Positions 56,643-64,000 of a stretch of DNA of 64,000 bases are shown here, piece by piece. The stretch comes from an uncultured Verrucomicrobiae bacterium (lineage in GTDB: Bacteria; Verrucomicrobiota; Verrucomicrobiia; Limisphaerales; Palsa-1400). A program made the translations under genes and the position numbers. Where the stretch lies: assembly GCA_963764165.1 (NCBI GenBank), contig CAVXRD010000002.1, forward strand, positions 224,001-288,000, in the 5' to 3' direction. The notes under the pieces were generated by a model. It made no database searches and had not been told where the DNA came from. It saw nothing but the letters and a program-made list of their open reading frames with translations. The stretch's first letter is position 1; every line of letters starts with the position of its first letter.

Positions 56643-57797
56643 ATAAAAAAGAAACTGAGAATATTGATGGTCGAAGACGAGGCGGCTGATGCGCAATTGG
56701 CCGAGCACGTCTTGCGCAAAGATGGTTTTGATTTCACCTTCCGGCGCGTCGAATCACACGACGCGTTCGTGCAGGAGTTGAAGGACTTCCGGCCGAACGT
56801 GATTCTTTCCGATCACGGCTTGTGCGCGTTCGACGGATTCAGCGCGCTGGCACTGGCCCAGGATGCGTGCCCCGAAGTGCCGTTCATTTTTGTGACCGGC
56901 TCGCTCGGCGAGGAAATGGCGACCAAGGCGCTGAAAAACGGGGCGTCGGATTTCGTGCTGAAGCATCGCATGGCCGGCCTCCCCCCTGCCCTGCACCGCG
57001 CGCTGCGCGAGGCGCATTCGCGGCAGCAGCGCAAGAATGCAGAGCAGGAGATCATGCGGCTGAACGAGGAGCTGGAGCACCGCGTGGCCCGCCGCACGGC
57101 GGAGCTGGAAGCGGCGAACAAGGAGCTGGAGGCGTTCAGCTATTCCGTTTCACATGAATTGCGCGCGCCCCTGCGGCAAATCGAGGGTTTCATCGAGGTG
57201 CTTAACTCAAACAAGAGCGCCACCGTGGACCCGGAAGCGCGCCAATGCTTGACAACAATTGGCGGCGCGGCCCGCCGGCTGGGCCAGCTCATCGACGATT
57301 TGCTCGCTTTCTCGCGCACCGCCCGCGCCGGCATGCGCAAACGAAAGGTCAATCTGAAAACTCTTTGCGAAAGCGTCATGCGCGATCTTCTCGTTGACAC
57401 CGCCGGGCGCAATGTCAAGTGGGTCATCGGCAGCCTGCCGGAGGTGACAGCCGACGCCGCCCTGCTCCGCCAGGTGCTGGCCAATTTGCTGGGAAATGCT
57501 GTAAAATACACGCGCAAGACAGAGAAGGCCGTCATCGAAATCAGCGCGACGCAGACGAAGGAGGAAGTCATCTTCTCCATCAAGGACAATGGCATTGGTT
57601 TCGACATGCGTTTTGCCGACAAGCTTTTCGGCGTCTTCCAGCGGCTTCATCCGCATTCGCAATTTGAAGGCACGGGCGTCGGACTGGCCAATGTCCGCCG
57701 CATCATCCATCAGCATGAGGGGCGCACCTGGGCAGAGGCCAAGCCCAACAAAGGGGCCACATTCTATTTCTCCCTGCCGCACGGCGACGCCGCATGA
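56643..57797 (+). CDS. Receiver-histidine kinase (REC-HisKA-HATPase_c), probable ATA start
   Basis: IKKKLRILMVEDE receiver, FSYSVSHELRAPLR, DNGIGFD, GTGVGL; GAGAGG 6 nt before ATA 56643 (first canonical start is TTG 56664). Confidence 0.9.
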   Translation: MKKKLRILMVEDEAADAQLAEHVLRKDGFDFTFRRVESHDAFVQELKDFRPNVILSDHGLCAFDGFSALALAQDACPEVPFIFVTGSLGEEMATKALKNGASDFVLKHRMAGLPPALHRALREAHSRQQRKNAEQEIMRLNEELEHRVARRTAELEAANKELEAFSYSVSHELRAPLRQIEGFIEVLNSNKSATVDPEARQCLTTIGGAARRLGQLIDDLLAFSRTARAGMRKRKVNLKTLCESVMRDLLVDTAGRNVKWVIGSLPEVTADAALLRQVLANLLGNAVKYTRKTEKAVIEISATQTKEEVIFSIKDNGIGFDMRFADKLFGVFQRLHPHSQFEGTGVGLANVRRIIHQHEGRTWAEAKPNKGATFYFSLPHGDAA

Positions 57798-58957
57798 AAA
57801 AGCAAATCCACATTTTGATGGTCGAGGATGATGATGCGGACGCCAGGCTTGAGCAGCACACCCTGCGCGAGGGCGGAATCCAATTCACGCTCCATCGCGT
57901 CCAGACTGAGGATGAGTTTGTCAGTGAACTCGACAAGAACCCTCCCGACGTCATTCTCTCCGATTATTCGCTTCCGGGTTTCGATGGCCACGCGGCGCTG
58001 AACCTCGCAAAACAGAAACGCCCGGAAATTCCGTTCATCTTCGTCACAGGCACGATGGGCGAGGAAGTCGCCATCGAAACTTTAAAAAACGGCGCTACAG
58101 ATTACGTGCTCAAGACCAGATTGGCGCGGCTCGTGCCAGCCGTTCGCCGCGCCTTGCGAGAAGCGCAGGAACGCAGCGACCGCCAATTAGCCGAGGTCAA
58201 ACTGCGCGAATCACACAAGCAATTGCGGGCGCTCTCGGTTTATCTCCAGCATGTGCGCGAAGAGGAGCGGACGCGGATCGCGCGCGAGGTCCACGACGAG
58301 CTCGGCCAGGCGCTGACCAGTTGCAAGCTGAGCGCCTCATGGCTCGCGGGCCGCCTGCCGCGTTCGCAGAAGGAATTATGCGAGAAGGCGGAACGCCTCT
58401 CGACGGACATCGATTCGACCATCCAAACCGTCCGCCGCATCTCGACGGAATTGCGGCCGGGAATTTTGGATTACCTCGGCCTGGCCGCGGCGCTGGAATG
58501 GCAGGCGCAGGAATTTCAAAATCGCACCGGCATTCGCTGCCACGTCTCGACGCATTTGAACGGGCCCCCGCTGGACCCCGAATTGACCACCACGTTTTTT
58601 CGAATTTTTCAGGAGACGCTGACCAACGTGATCCGGCACGCGGAGGCGACGGATGTCGACGTCAACTTGAAAGAAGAGTCGGCCCGGATTATTCTGGAAG
58701 TCAAAGACAACGGCCGCGGCATCAGCCGGGAGGAAATTTCCGACCCGCGCTCCATGGGATTGCTGGGCATGCGCGAGCGGGCGGCGCTGCTGGGGGGCGA
58801 TTTCAGGATTCAGCCGGTGCGGGGCGGCAAGGGCACACGGGCATGCGTCGCCATCCCGCGCCGGCAACGCCAGCGCCGAACGAAATCGATGCATGAAGAT
58901 TCTTCTGGCAGACGACCACGCCGTCGTGCGGCATGGACTGAAGCAAATTCTAACTGA
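57794..58957 (+). CDS. Receiver + HisKA_3 histidine kinase (NarX/UhpB type)
   Basis: Receiver, then EEERTRIAREVHDELGQ, FQETLTNVIRHA, DNGRG, MGLLGMRERA. Confidence 0.93.
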   Translation: MKKQIHILMVEDDDADARLEQHTLREGGIQFTLHRVQTEDEFVSELDKNPPDVILSDYSLPGFDGHAALNLAKQKRPEIPFIFVTGTMGEEVAIETLKNGATDYVLKTRLARLVPAVRRALREAQERSDRQLAEVKLRESHKQLRALSVYLQHVREEERTRIAREVHDELGQALTSCKLSASWLAGRLPRSQKELCEKAERLSTDIDSTIQTVRRISTELRPGILDYLGLAAALEWQAQEFQNRTGIRCHVSTHLNGPPLDPELTTTFFRIFQETLTNVIRHAEATDVDVNLKEESARIILEVKDNGRGISREEISDPRSMGLLGMRERAALLGGDFRIQPVRGGKGTRACVAIPRRQRQRRTKSMHEDSSGRRPRRRAAWTEANSN

Positions 58958-59519
58958 CGCGTTCAAGCGCGCCACTTATGGCGAAGCTCGCAACGCCCAG
59001 GAAGCCCTTGATCTTGTATGGAAAGAGAACTGGGATGTCGTTGTCCTGGACATCACCATGCCAGGGCGGAGCGGCCTGGATGTTCTCACTGAAATCAAGC
59101 GCACGAAGCCCAAATTGCCGGTGCTGGTCCTAAGCATGCATCCGGAAAATCAATTCGCCGTGCGCGTCCTCAAATCCGGCGCCGCCGGTTACATGACCAA
59201 GGAAAGCGCGCCCGCCGAATTGGTCGGCGCTCTAAAAAAAGTCCTTGCCGGCGGTCGCTACGTCAGCACCGGGTTGGCGGAAACATTGGCCGCCTCACTT
59301 TCCACCACCCAAAACGCGCCGCAGGAAGCGTTGTCAGACCGGGAATTTCAAGTATTGCGCCTCATTGCCTCTGGCAAGATGGTCTCGGACATCGCGCGCG
59401 AGTTATCGCTCAGCGTCAAGACGATCAGCACCTATCGTACGCGAGTTCTTGAAAAGATGGGAATGAAGAATAACGCGGAGTTGATGCACTACGCCATCCA
59501 GCACCGGCTGGTGGAGTAG
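58893..59519 (+). CDS. NarL/LuxR-family response regulator
   Basis: MKILLADDHAVVR, LDITMPG, LSDREFQV, LSVKTISTYR. Confidence 0.96.
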   Translation: MKILLADDHAVVRHGLKQILTDAFKRATYGEARNAQEALDLVWKENWDVVVLDITMPGRSGLDVLTEIKRTKPKLPVLVLSMHPENQFAVRVLKSGAAGYMTKESAPAELVGALKKVLAGGRYVSTGLAETLAASLSTTQNAPQEALSDREFQVLRLIASGKMVSDIARELSLSVKTISTYRTRVLEKMGMKNNAELMHYAIQHRLVE

Positions 59520-59591
59520 AACACTTCTTTGATGTCAGCCTCCGACCTGGGCCGCTTGATGTGTGCGGAATCTGCTATTGCGCTCGACAGC

Positions 59592-59794
59592 CTTTTCATT
59601 AACACCCGCTTCAGCGGGGTGTGGGGCATCCGGAGCCATCAAAACCGTTTTTACGGTCTTATCACGAGCGAACGACGTTTCAAGGTGTCCCAGACTAGGC
59701 GGGTAGGCAAGCCATGGCAGGGCCAGAAACCGTTAAAACGGTTCTCCTTCCTCAGCCTCGGGCCACCTCGCTTCAGCGAGGTGTTCATGAAAAG
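59592..59794. repeat. Palindromic REP/MITE-like element
   Basis: Ends cttttcattaacacccgcttcagcggggtg / cacctcgcttcagcgaggtgttcatgaaaag; internal aaccgtttttacggt and aaccgttaaaacggtt hairpins. Confidence 0.78.
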
Positions 59795-59990
59795 CCCGCC
59801 AGATGAATCCCGTCTCACACCGAGAAACGTTTCATCGGCCCAATCCGCATTGCAGGTATCTTCCGGGAGCCGCTGGAAATTCCGGGCAATTCCATTTTGA
59901 TCATCAGCCCGAAGCAGCCGTTGAGATTTCGGCGTCAAATATGTGATTATATTTGGGCCGACCCGTTTTCTGGGACAAATCGCCGGTGGT

Positions 59991-60175
59991 TTACGGTTTG
60001 GCCCATTCTGTGAAATGCTCCTTTAGTCGCTGGACAGTGTGCCGCCATTTGGGTGTAGTGGGTTGCAAGCGGTATTTTGATTTCCGAACAATCCGAGTTC
60101 TAAAATGCGTTGGCGCCAGCAACGGTTTGGATCCATTTTACCGGTACAAAGCATTCGCCACGGTCAGAATCTTTT
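59991..60175 (-). pseudogene. Frameshifted 3' remnant resembling the C-terminus of NucS/DUF91-type endonuclease proteins
   Basis: Across two frameshifts reads DSDRGECFVPVKWIQTV..AF / ELGLFGNQNTAC / PTTPKWRHTVQRLKEHF..KP*; family recalled from memory. Confidence 0.6.
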
Positions 60176-60324
60176 ATTTGGTCCTCAAAAGGCATGTTGT
60201 GCTCGATCACCATGCAGCGGCGGCTCTTGCAGTTGGGTTTTGCATAATCGGAGGCCGTTAAAATGTAACGGATCTGCACCGGCTCTGTAGCCATTTTTGA
60301 CATATCTCCTATGAGAGTCTCTAT

Positions 60325-60717
60325 GTGTCGCACGAGGGCTGGGGCGAAGCGCTGCCACGCCCTGAAGCAAAACGCGTGGGGCCATTTTGGGTGAATAAGC
60401 CCCGCCTGGAAACGACCCTAAAGAGCGAGTTCACGTTTGGCGACAGGACGGTGCGGGTGCTGATTGAACCGACCGTTGACGCGGCTCTCGCTGACGAGGT
60501 TGTTCCCTTGATAGTCGGAAGGAAGGTCCGGTTCGAAAATGACGCGGTTCGCGGAGAATTTGAGCGTTTGGCCTTGTCCAAGCCTGCGAGTATTGGGAAG
60601 AGCTTCTCCAACAACGGCTATAATTTGCGCTACGAGGAACCCACCATAAAGTGGGTCGCGTTTAGATTTGAGAAAGGCGAAGTCGAAATTATCAGCGTTG
60701 CCTCAGTTTTTAACTAA
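60325..60717 (+). CDS. Hypothetical protein (possibly 5'-truncated)
   Basis: 130-aa ORF with protein-like composition in a lower-GC patch, followed by a terminator. Confidence 0.5.
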   Translation: MSHEGWGEALPRPEAKRVGPFWVNKPRLETTLKSEFTFGDRTVRVLIEPTVDAALADEVVPLIVGRKVRFENDAVRGEFERLALSKPASIGKSFSNNGYNLRYEEPTIKWVAFRFEKGEVEIISVASVFN

Positions 60718-60720
60718 GCC

Positions 60721-60745
60721 AAGCCCGCTCTGATAAACGGGCTTT
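60721..60745. terminator. Putative terminator between convergent genes
   Basis: aagcccg-loop-cgggcttt. Confidence 0.5.
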
Positions 60746-60775
60746 CCAAAACCATTTAACTACCACTCGCGCCGC

Positions 60776-61741
60776 TTAATCAAAAGCGTGTCCCGCGCAG
60801 CAAAGTACGTCGCGAACTTTGTGGCGCACGAGTTCCTTGACCTTCGTGCGGGCCGGGCCGAGATATTTGCGAGGATCGAATTCCTTCGGATTTTCCGCAA
60901 AACACTTGCGGATTGCCGCCGTGACCGCAAGGCGAAGATCCGTGTCGATATTTACTTTCGTGCAACCCACCCGGCGCGCGATCTCGATGTCCTCCTCTGG
61001 CACGCCCGCAGTGTCTTCACCCATTTTGCCGCCGTATTTGTTGATTTCCTGAACGAGATCCTTGGGGACGCTCGAAGCGCCGTGCAGGACGAGCGGATAG
61101 TCGCCCATGCCCGCTTCAAGCAAAGCCTTCTTGATCGCGCGCAAACGATCCAAATCGAGGCGCTGCTGGCCCTTGAATTTGTATGCGCCATGCGAATTGC
61201 CAATGGCCACCGCCAGCGAATCAACGCCCGTAGCCTTGACGAACTGCACCGCTTCCTCGGGATGCGTGTAAACGCCGCCCTTGGAATACCCGCCTCCTTC
61301 CTCCCCGTCATCGTGCTGCGCGCCAACGAGCATGCCCAATTCACCCTCGACCACGCAGTTATGCTTGTGCGCGTAATCGACGACCCGTTTGCAGACCTCG
61401 ACGTTTTTCTCGAAAGGTTCGTGGCTGCCGTCGATCATCACGCTGGTGAACCCCTCGTCGATGCATTCTTTGCAAAGCTCAAACGTGTCGCCATGGTCCA
61501 AATGGACGGCGATCGGAATGTTGGAAGTCCGCACTGCCGCTTCAATGAGCGCTTTCAGGTAAGTGGCGCTGGCGTACTGCCGGGCGCCCTTGGAAATCTG
61601 GAGCATGACAGGGGCTTTTTCCTCCTCGCATGCCTCCACAATGGCCTGGAGAAGTTCCATGTTGTTGACGTTGAAGGCTCCGAGGGCGTATTTGCCTTTG
61701 AGAGCCTTCGCGAACAATTCCGTAGTATGAGTTAATGGCAT
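60776..61741 (-). CDS. fba: Fructose-bisphosphate aldolase class II
   Basis: GAFNVNNME, VHLDHG, FTSVMIDGS, LAVAIGNSHG, LVLHGAS, KVNIDTD, FDPRKYL. Confidence 0.97.
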   Translation of the reverse strand: MPLTHTTELFAKALKGKYALGAFNVNNMELLQAIVEACEEEKAPVMLQISKGARQYASATYLKALIEAAVRTSNIPIAVHLDHGDTFELCKECIDEGFTSVMIDGSHEPFEKNVEVCKRVVDYAHKHNCVVEGELGMLVGAQHDDGEEGGGYSKGGVYTHPEEAVQFVKATGVDSLAVAIGNSHGAYKFKGQQRLDLDRLRAIKKALLEAGMGDYPLVLHGASSVPKDLVQEINKYGGKMGEDTAGVPEEDIEIARRVGCTKVNIDTDLRLAVTAAIRKCFAENPKEFDPRKYLGPARTKVKELVRHKVRDVLCCAGHAFD

Positions 61742-61895
61742 AAGTTTGTGATGCTGCCGGGAACAGCACGCAGCTGGCCGCGCCCCCGGGGATGGGAATA
61801 CTAGAAAGCACCCCGCCAAAGTGGAAGAAAAAGTTTTTCACAGAAAATGCCAGCCAAGAAAGGGCCGCCTAGCCGAGGCGTTCCCGCCAGCCAAA

Positions 61896-62414
61896 TCAAC
61901 GTTCAAGGCACTTCTCATACCGCGCCACAAAATACGGCCCAACCTCCCTGTCGCTGTGGTGCCGAAATCCATATCTCTCATAAATAGCCCGCAACCGCGT
62001 CCGCGACGCCTCGCAATCCAGCCGAAGAAATGAGCGGCCGAGCCTCCGCGCCCGATCTTCAGCCCAGCGGAGCAGGGCGGTGGAAATTTCGCCACCCGCG
62101 AATTCCCGCCGAACCGCGAGTCGATGAACGTATGCCGCGCCGCCTGCGGGCAAATCCGGCCAGAAAAGCGGATCCTCCAATTGAAATTTTACAACACTCG
62201 CCGCTTTGCCATTGCATTCCGCGAGGTAAAACAGTCCGGCGAGGACATCCACGGCGATGCGCTCCGGCCGCAATTCATCCGCCCGCCACATTCCCATGCC
62301 TCGCTGAATCAGCCACTGAGCCGCTTCATTGAGGACAGCGTCAATCGTTGCGGCATCGCCAGCGTTGCCTTGTCGGATGACGCAGTTCACTCGGCTTCGC
62401 TTGACGCCTGTCAC
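61896..62414 (-). CDS. GNAT-family N-acetyltransferase
   Basis: YVHRLAVRREFAG, LRLDC, LRAIYERYGF; GTG start overlapping the upstream stop (alternative 62390). Confidence 0.88.
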   Translation of the reverse strand: MTGVKRSRVNCVIRQGNAGDAATIDAVLNEAAQWLIQRGMGMWRADELRPERIAVDVLAGLFYLAECNGKAASVVKFQLEDPLFWPDLPAGGAAYVHRLAVRREFAGGEISTALLRWAEDRARRLGRSFLRLDCEASRTRLRAIYERYGFRHHSDREVGPYFVARYEKCLER

Positions 62415-62881
62415 TCCGCCGGAACCGCTTCCACCACCACCTCCGTTTTCACGGAATTGGCAATGAAGCATTGTTCGTGCGCGAGGTGATGAAGGTGTTC
62501 TTCGTCCTGTGGCGTCGGCAATTTGTCCCCGCTGTAAACCACCTGCGGGCGCAAGGTGACTTTGCTGACCCACTGCGCGCCCTTTTCATTCTTGGTCATG
62601 ATTCCTACCGCCTCGTCCCGGTAACTGTCGACTGTAAATTTCTGCCGCTGCGCAAGGTACACGAAAGTCATCATGTGACAGCTCGAAAGCGAGGCCACGA
62701 ACGCCTCTTCCGGGTCGACGTGGGCGGGATTCGACCATGGCGCTGGCACGACCGAAGGCGAAGGCGAGGCTGGCACCACGAGCCCGCCGTCAAAAGTCCA
62801 GGTATGCTCGCGCGAATACTTCCCGCTTAGAAAATCCGGGGTGGTACGTTTCCAATCGATGATTGCTTTGTGTTCCGACAT
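62411..62881 (-). CDS. OsmC/Ohr-family protein
   Basis: YSREHTWTFDGG, VDPEEAFVASLSSCHM, AHEQCFIANSV. Confidence 0.93.
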   Translation of the reverse strand: MSEHKAIIDWKRTTPDFLSGKYSREHTWTFDGGLVVPASPSPSVVPAPWSNPAHVDPEEAFVASLSSCHMMTFVYLAQRQKFTVDSYRDEAVGIMTKNEKGAQWVSKVTLRPQVVYSGDKLPTPQDEEHLHHLAHEQCFIANSVKTEVVVEAVPAE

Positions 62882-63129
62882 AATGTTTGGGTCGCGCAGG
62901 GGAATGTTTTGCCCCAGGCGAATGAATGATTGGTTGCGCTTCCAACAGACGAAAGTCAACGAACAATGCAGTGGGTTGTCCCGTACGACTCATTCGTCCC
63001 CTCCGTCCCATAGGTCCCATGGGGCTCCGCTTCGCACTCGCTACGCGCCGGATTTTGCCGATTTTTGCGCTTGCCACACTGGGAAAGTGAGGCATAGTAA
63101 CCGGCCCGAAGAATCGGGGCAACAGCCGT

Positions 63130-63205
63130 GGGTTGGTAGCTCAGTTGGTAGAGCAGTGCCCTTTTAAGGCATTGGTCCGGGGTTCGAGTCCCCGCCAACC
63201 CACCA
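63130..63205 (+). tRNA. tRNA-Lys(TTT)
   Basis: GGGTTGGTAGCTCAGTTGGTAGAGCA-GTGCC CTTTTAA GGCAT-...GGTTCGAGTCC...CCAACCCACCA; 76 nt. Confidence 0.97.
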
Positions 63206-63218
63206 CTTCAAAATCCCG

Positions 63219-64000
63219 CTATGGCCCCGATGTCTTGTAAAACCGAACGGAGTGACCCGTGGCTGTTGAGTCCATATATTGAAACGAGCCGATCGCATCG
63301 GATGTGACGGTTGCGATGGAAGTCCAATTTATCAGGTCGGGAGAGGCGAAGACCTGATAATTCTGATTGGGAACGCCACGGGTAAAGCTGAGCGAAAAAC
63401 CGTTCGCCCCATAGCCCAGAGCATGAACGAGCTCTGTTGGGCTGGAGAGCTTGAAAATAGCGCCGTTTCTCGAGGCGCCACCCTCTTCCACTGCGCCCCA
63501 AAGCGAACCGTCCGGCTCCAAGGCAAGGCCGCCCTGGGGATAAGCGCCATCCTGGTCGGAGAATGCATGCAGGACCGAAAAGCCTGTGCCGTCGGGATTC
63601 AATTGGAAAACCGTCCCGTCGCCGTTGGTGCCCGCGGAATCACAGCTTCCATACAAGGCCCCATTCGCGCCTTGCACCAATTGCGAGGCCGGATAGGCGC
63701 CATCAGAAGCGCTGACGAAATTATGCAAAACAGCGTAGCCGGAGCCATTCGTGTCAATAACAAAAGCGGTGCCGGAGTAATTGGTGCCGCCGTACTGGGT
63801 CGTGCCATAAAGACGGCTGTCCAAGCCCTGCAACAATCCCGCTGCCGGGCTTTCGCCGTCATTTGTCCCGCCATTAAAATTATACAACACCAGAAAATGG
63901 TCACTGTTGGTCGCCAGGCTGAAAATGGTTCCATAGCCATTGGTTCCGCCGTCCTCGGTTGTGCCGTAGAGGATGCCGTAGCGGTCTTGCAGCAAGGACG
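63219..64000 (-). CDS. Choice-of-anchor GloVer-type tandem-repeat secreted protein (5' end outside window)
   Basis: Repeats LYGTT..GG....GT.F..... VLHNF..DG..P..L; C-terminal S.DL.NW...RFY domain typical of verrucomicrobial secreted proteins. Confidence 0.85.
   Translation of the reverse strand, partial: SLLQDRYGILYGTTEDGGTNGYGTIFSLATNSDHFLVLYNFNGGTNDGESPAAGLLQGLDSRLYGTTQYGGTNYSGTAFVIDTNGSGYAVLHNFVSASDGAYPASQLVQGANGALYGSCDSAGTNGDGTVFQLNPDGTGFSVLHAFSDQDGAYPQGGLALEPDGSLWGAVEEGGASRNGAIFKLSSPTELVHALGYGANGFSLSFTRGVPNQNYQVFASPDLINWTSIATVTSDAIGSFQYMDSTATGHSVRFYKTSGP

Noticed and set aside
59651..59938. 95-aa minus-strand ORF
   Set aside because: Runs through the palindromic repeat and shows no protein motif
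63130..63220. Integrated element at tRNA-Lys or tRNA-Gln
   Set aside because: No integrase and no duplicated tRNA 3' end within the window

Overview
A 64-kb GC-rich bacterial chromosomal segment, most likely from Verrucomicrobiota (Pedosphaera/Limisphaerales-like). This is inferred from the GloVer-type repeat protein, the DUF4032-like gene and the rpoZ-smpB order. Most of it is core genome: rpoZ, smpB, rpmB, tRNA-Gln, aceE-aceF-lpdA, prfC, pyrR-pyrB-crcB, mrp/sufT, nagB, ygfZ, yicC-gmk, GH57-treY-treZ, fba and tRNA-Lys. It also has two two-component clusters, a YtrA-type GntR/ABC operon and a MacAB-TolC efflux operon. No CRISPR array, prophage, integrase or intact transposase was seen. Best candidates for new biology: (1) a coupled gene pair at 8329-11421 that looks like a divergent ExbB/TolQ/MotA + ExbD/TolR/MotB ion-motor, whose B subunit has a long coiled coil and a degenerate trypsin-like head (apparent +1 frameshift); (2) a ~2250-aa secreted Cys-rich protein with six exact-period 465-bp repeats, a domain duplicated in Cys-poor and Cys-rich forms, and a Trp/Asn-rich insert, flanked by two candidate structured RNAs; (3) a kinase-RDD-pseudokinase-RDD membrane protein with an apparently circularly permuted glycan-binding-like insert; (4) several nested MITE-in-REP elements. 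All family assignments come from motif recognition by eye; no database searches were run.
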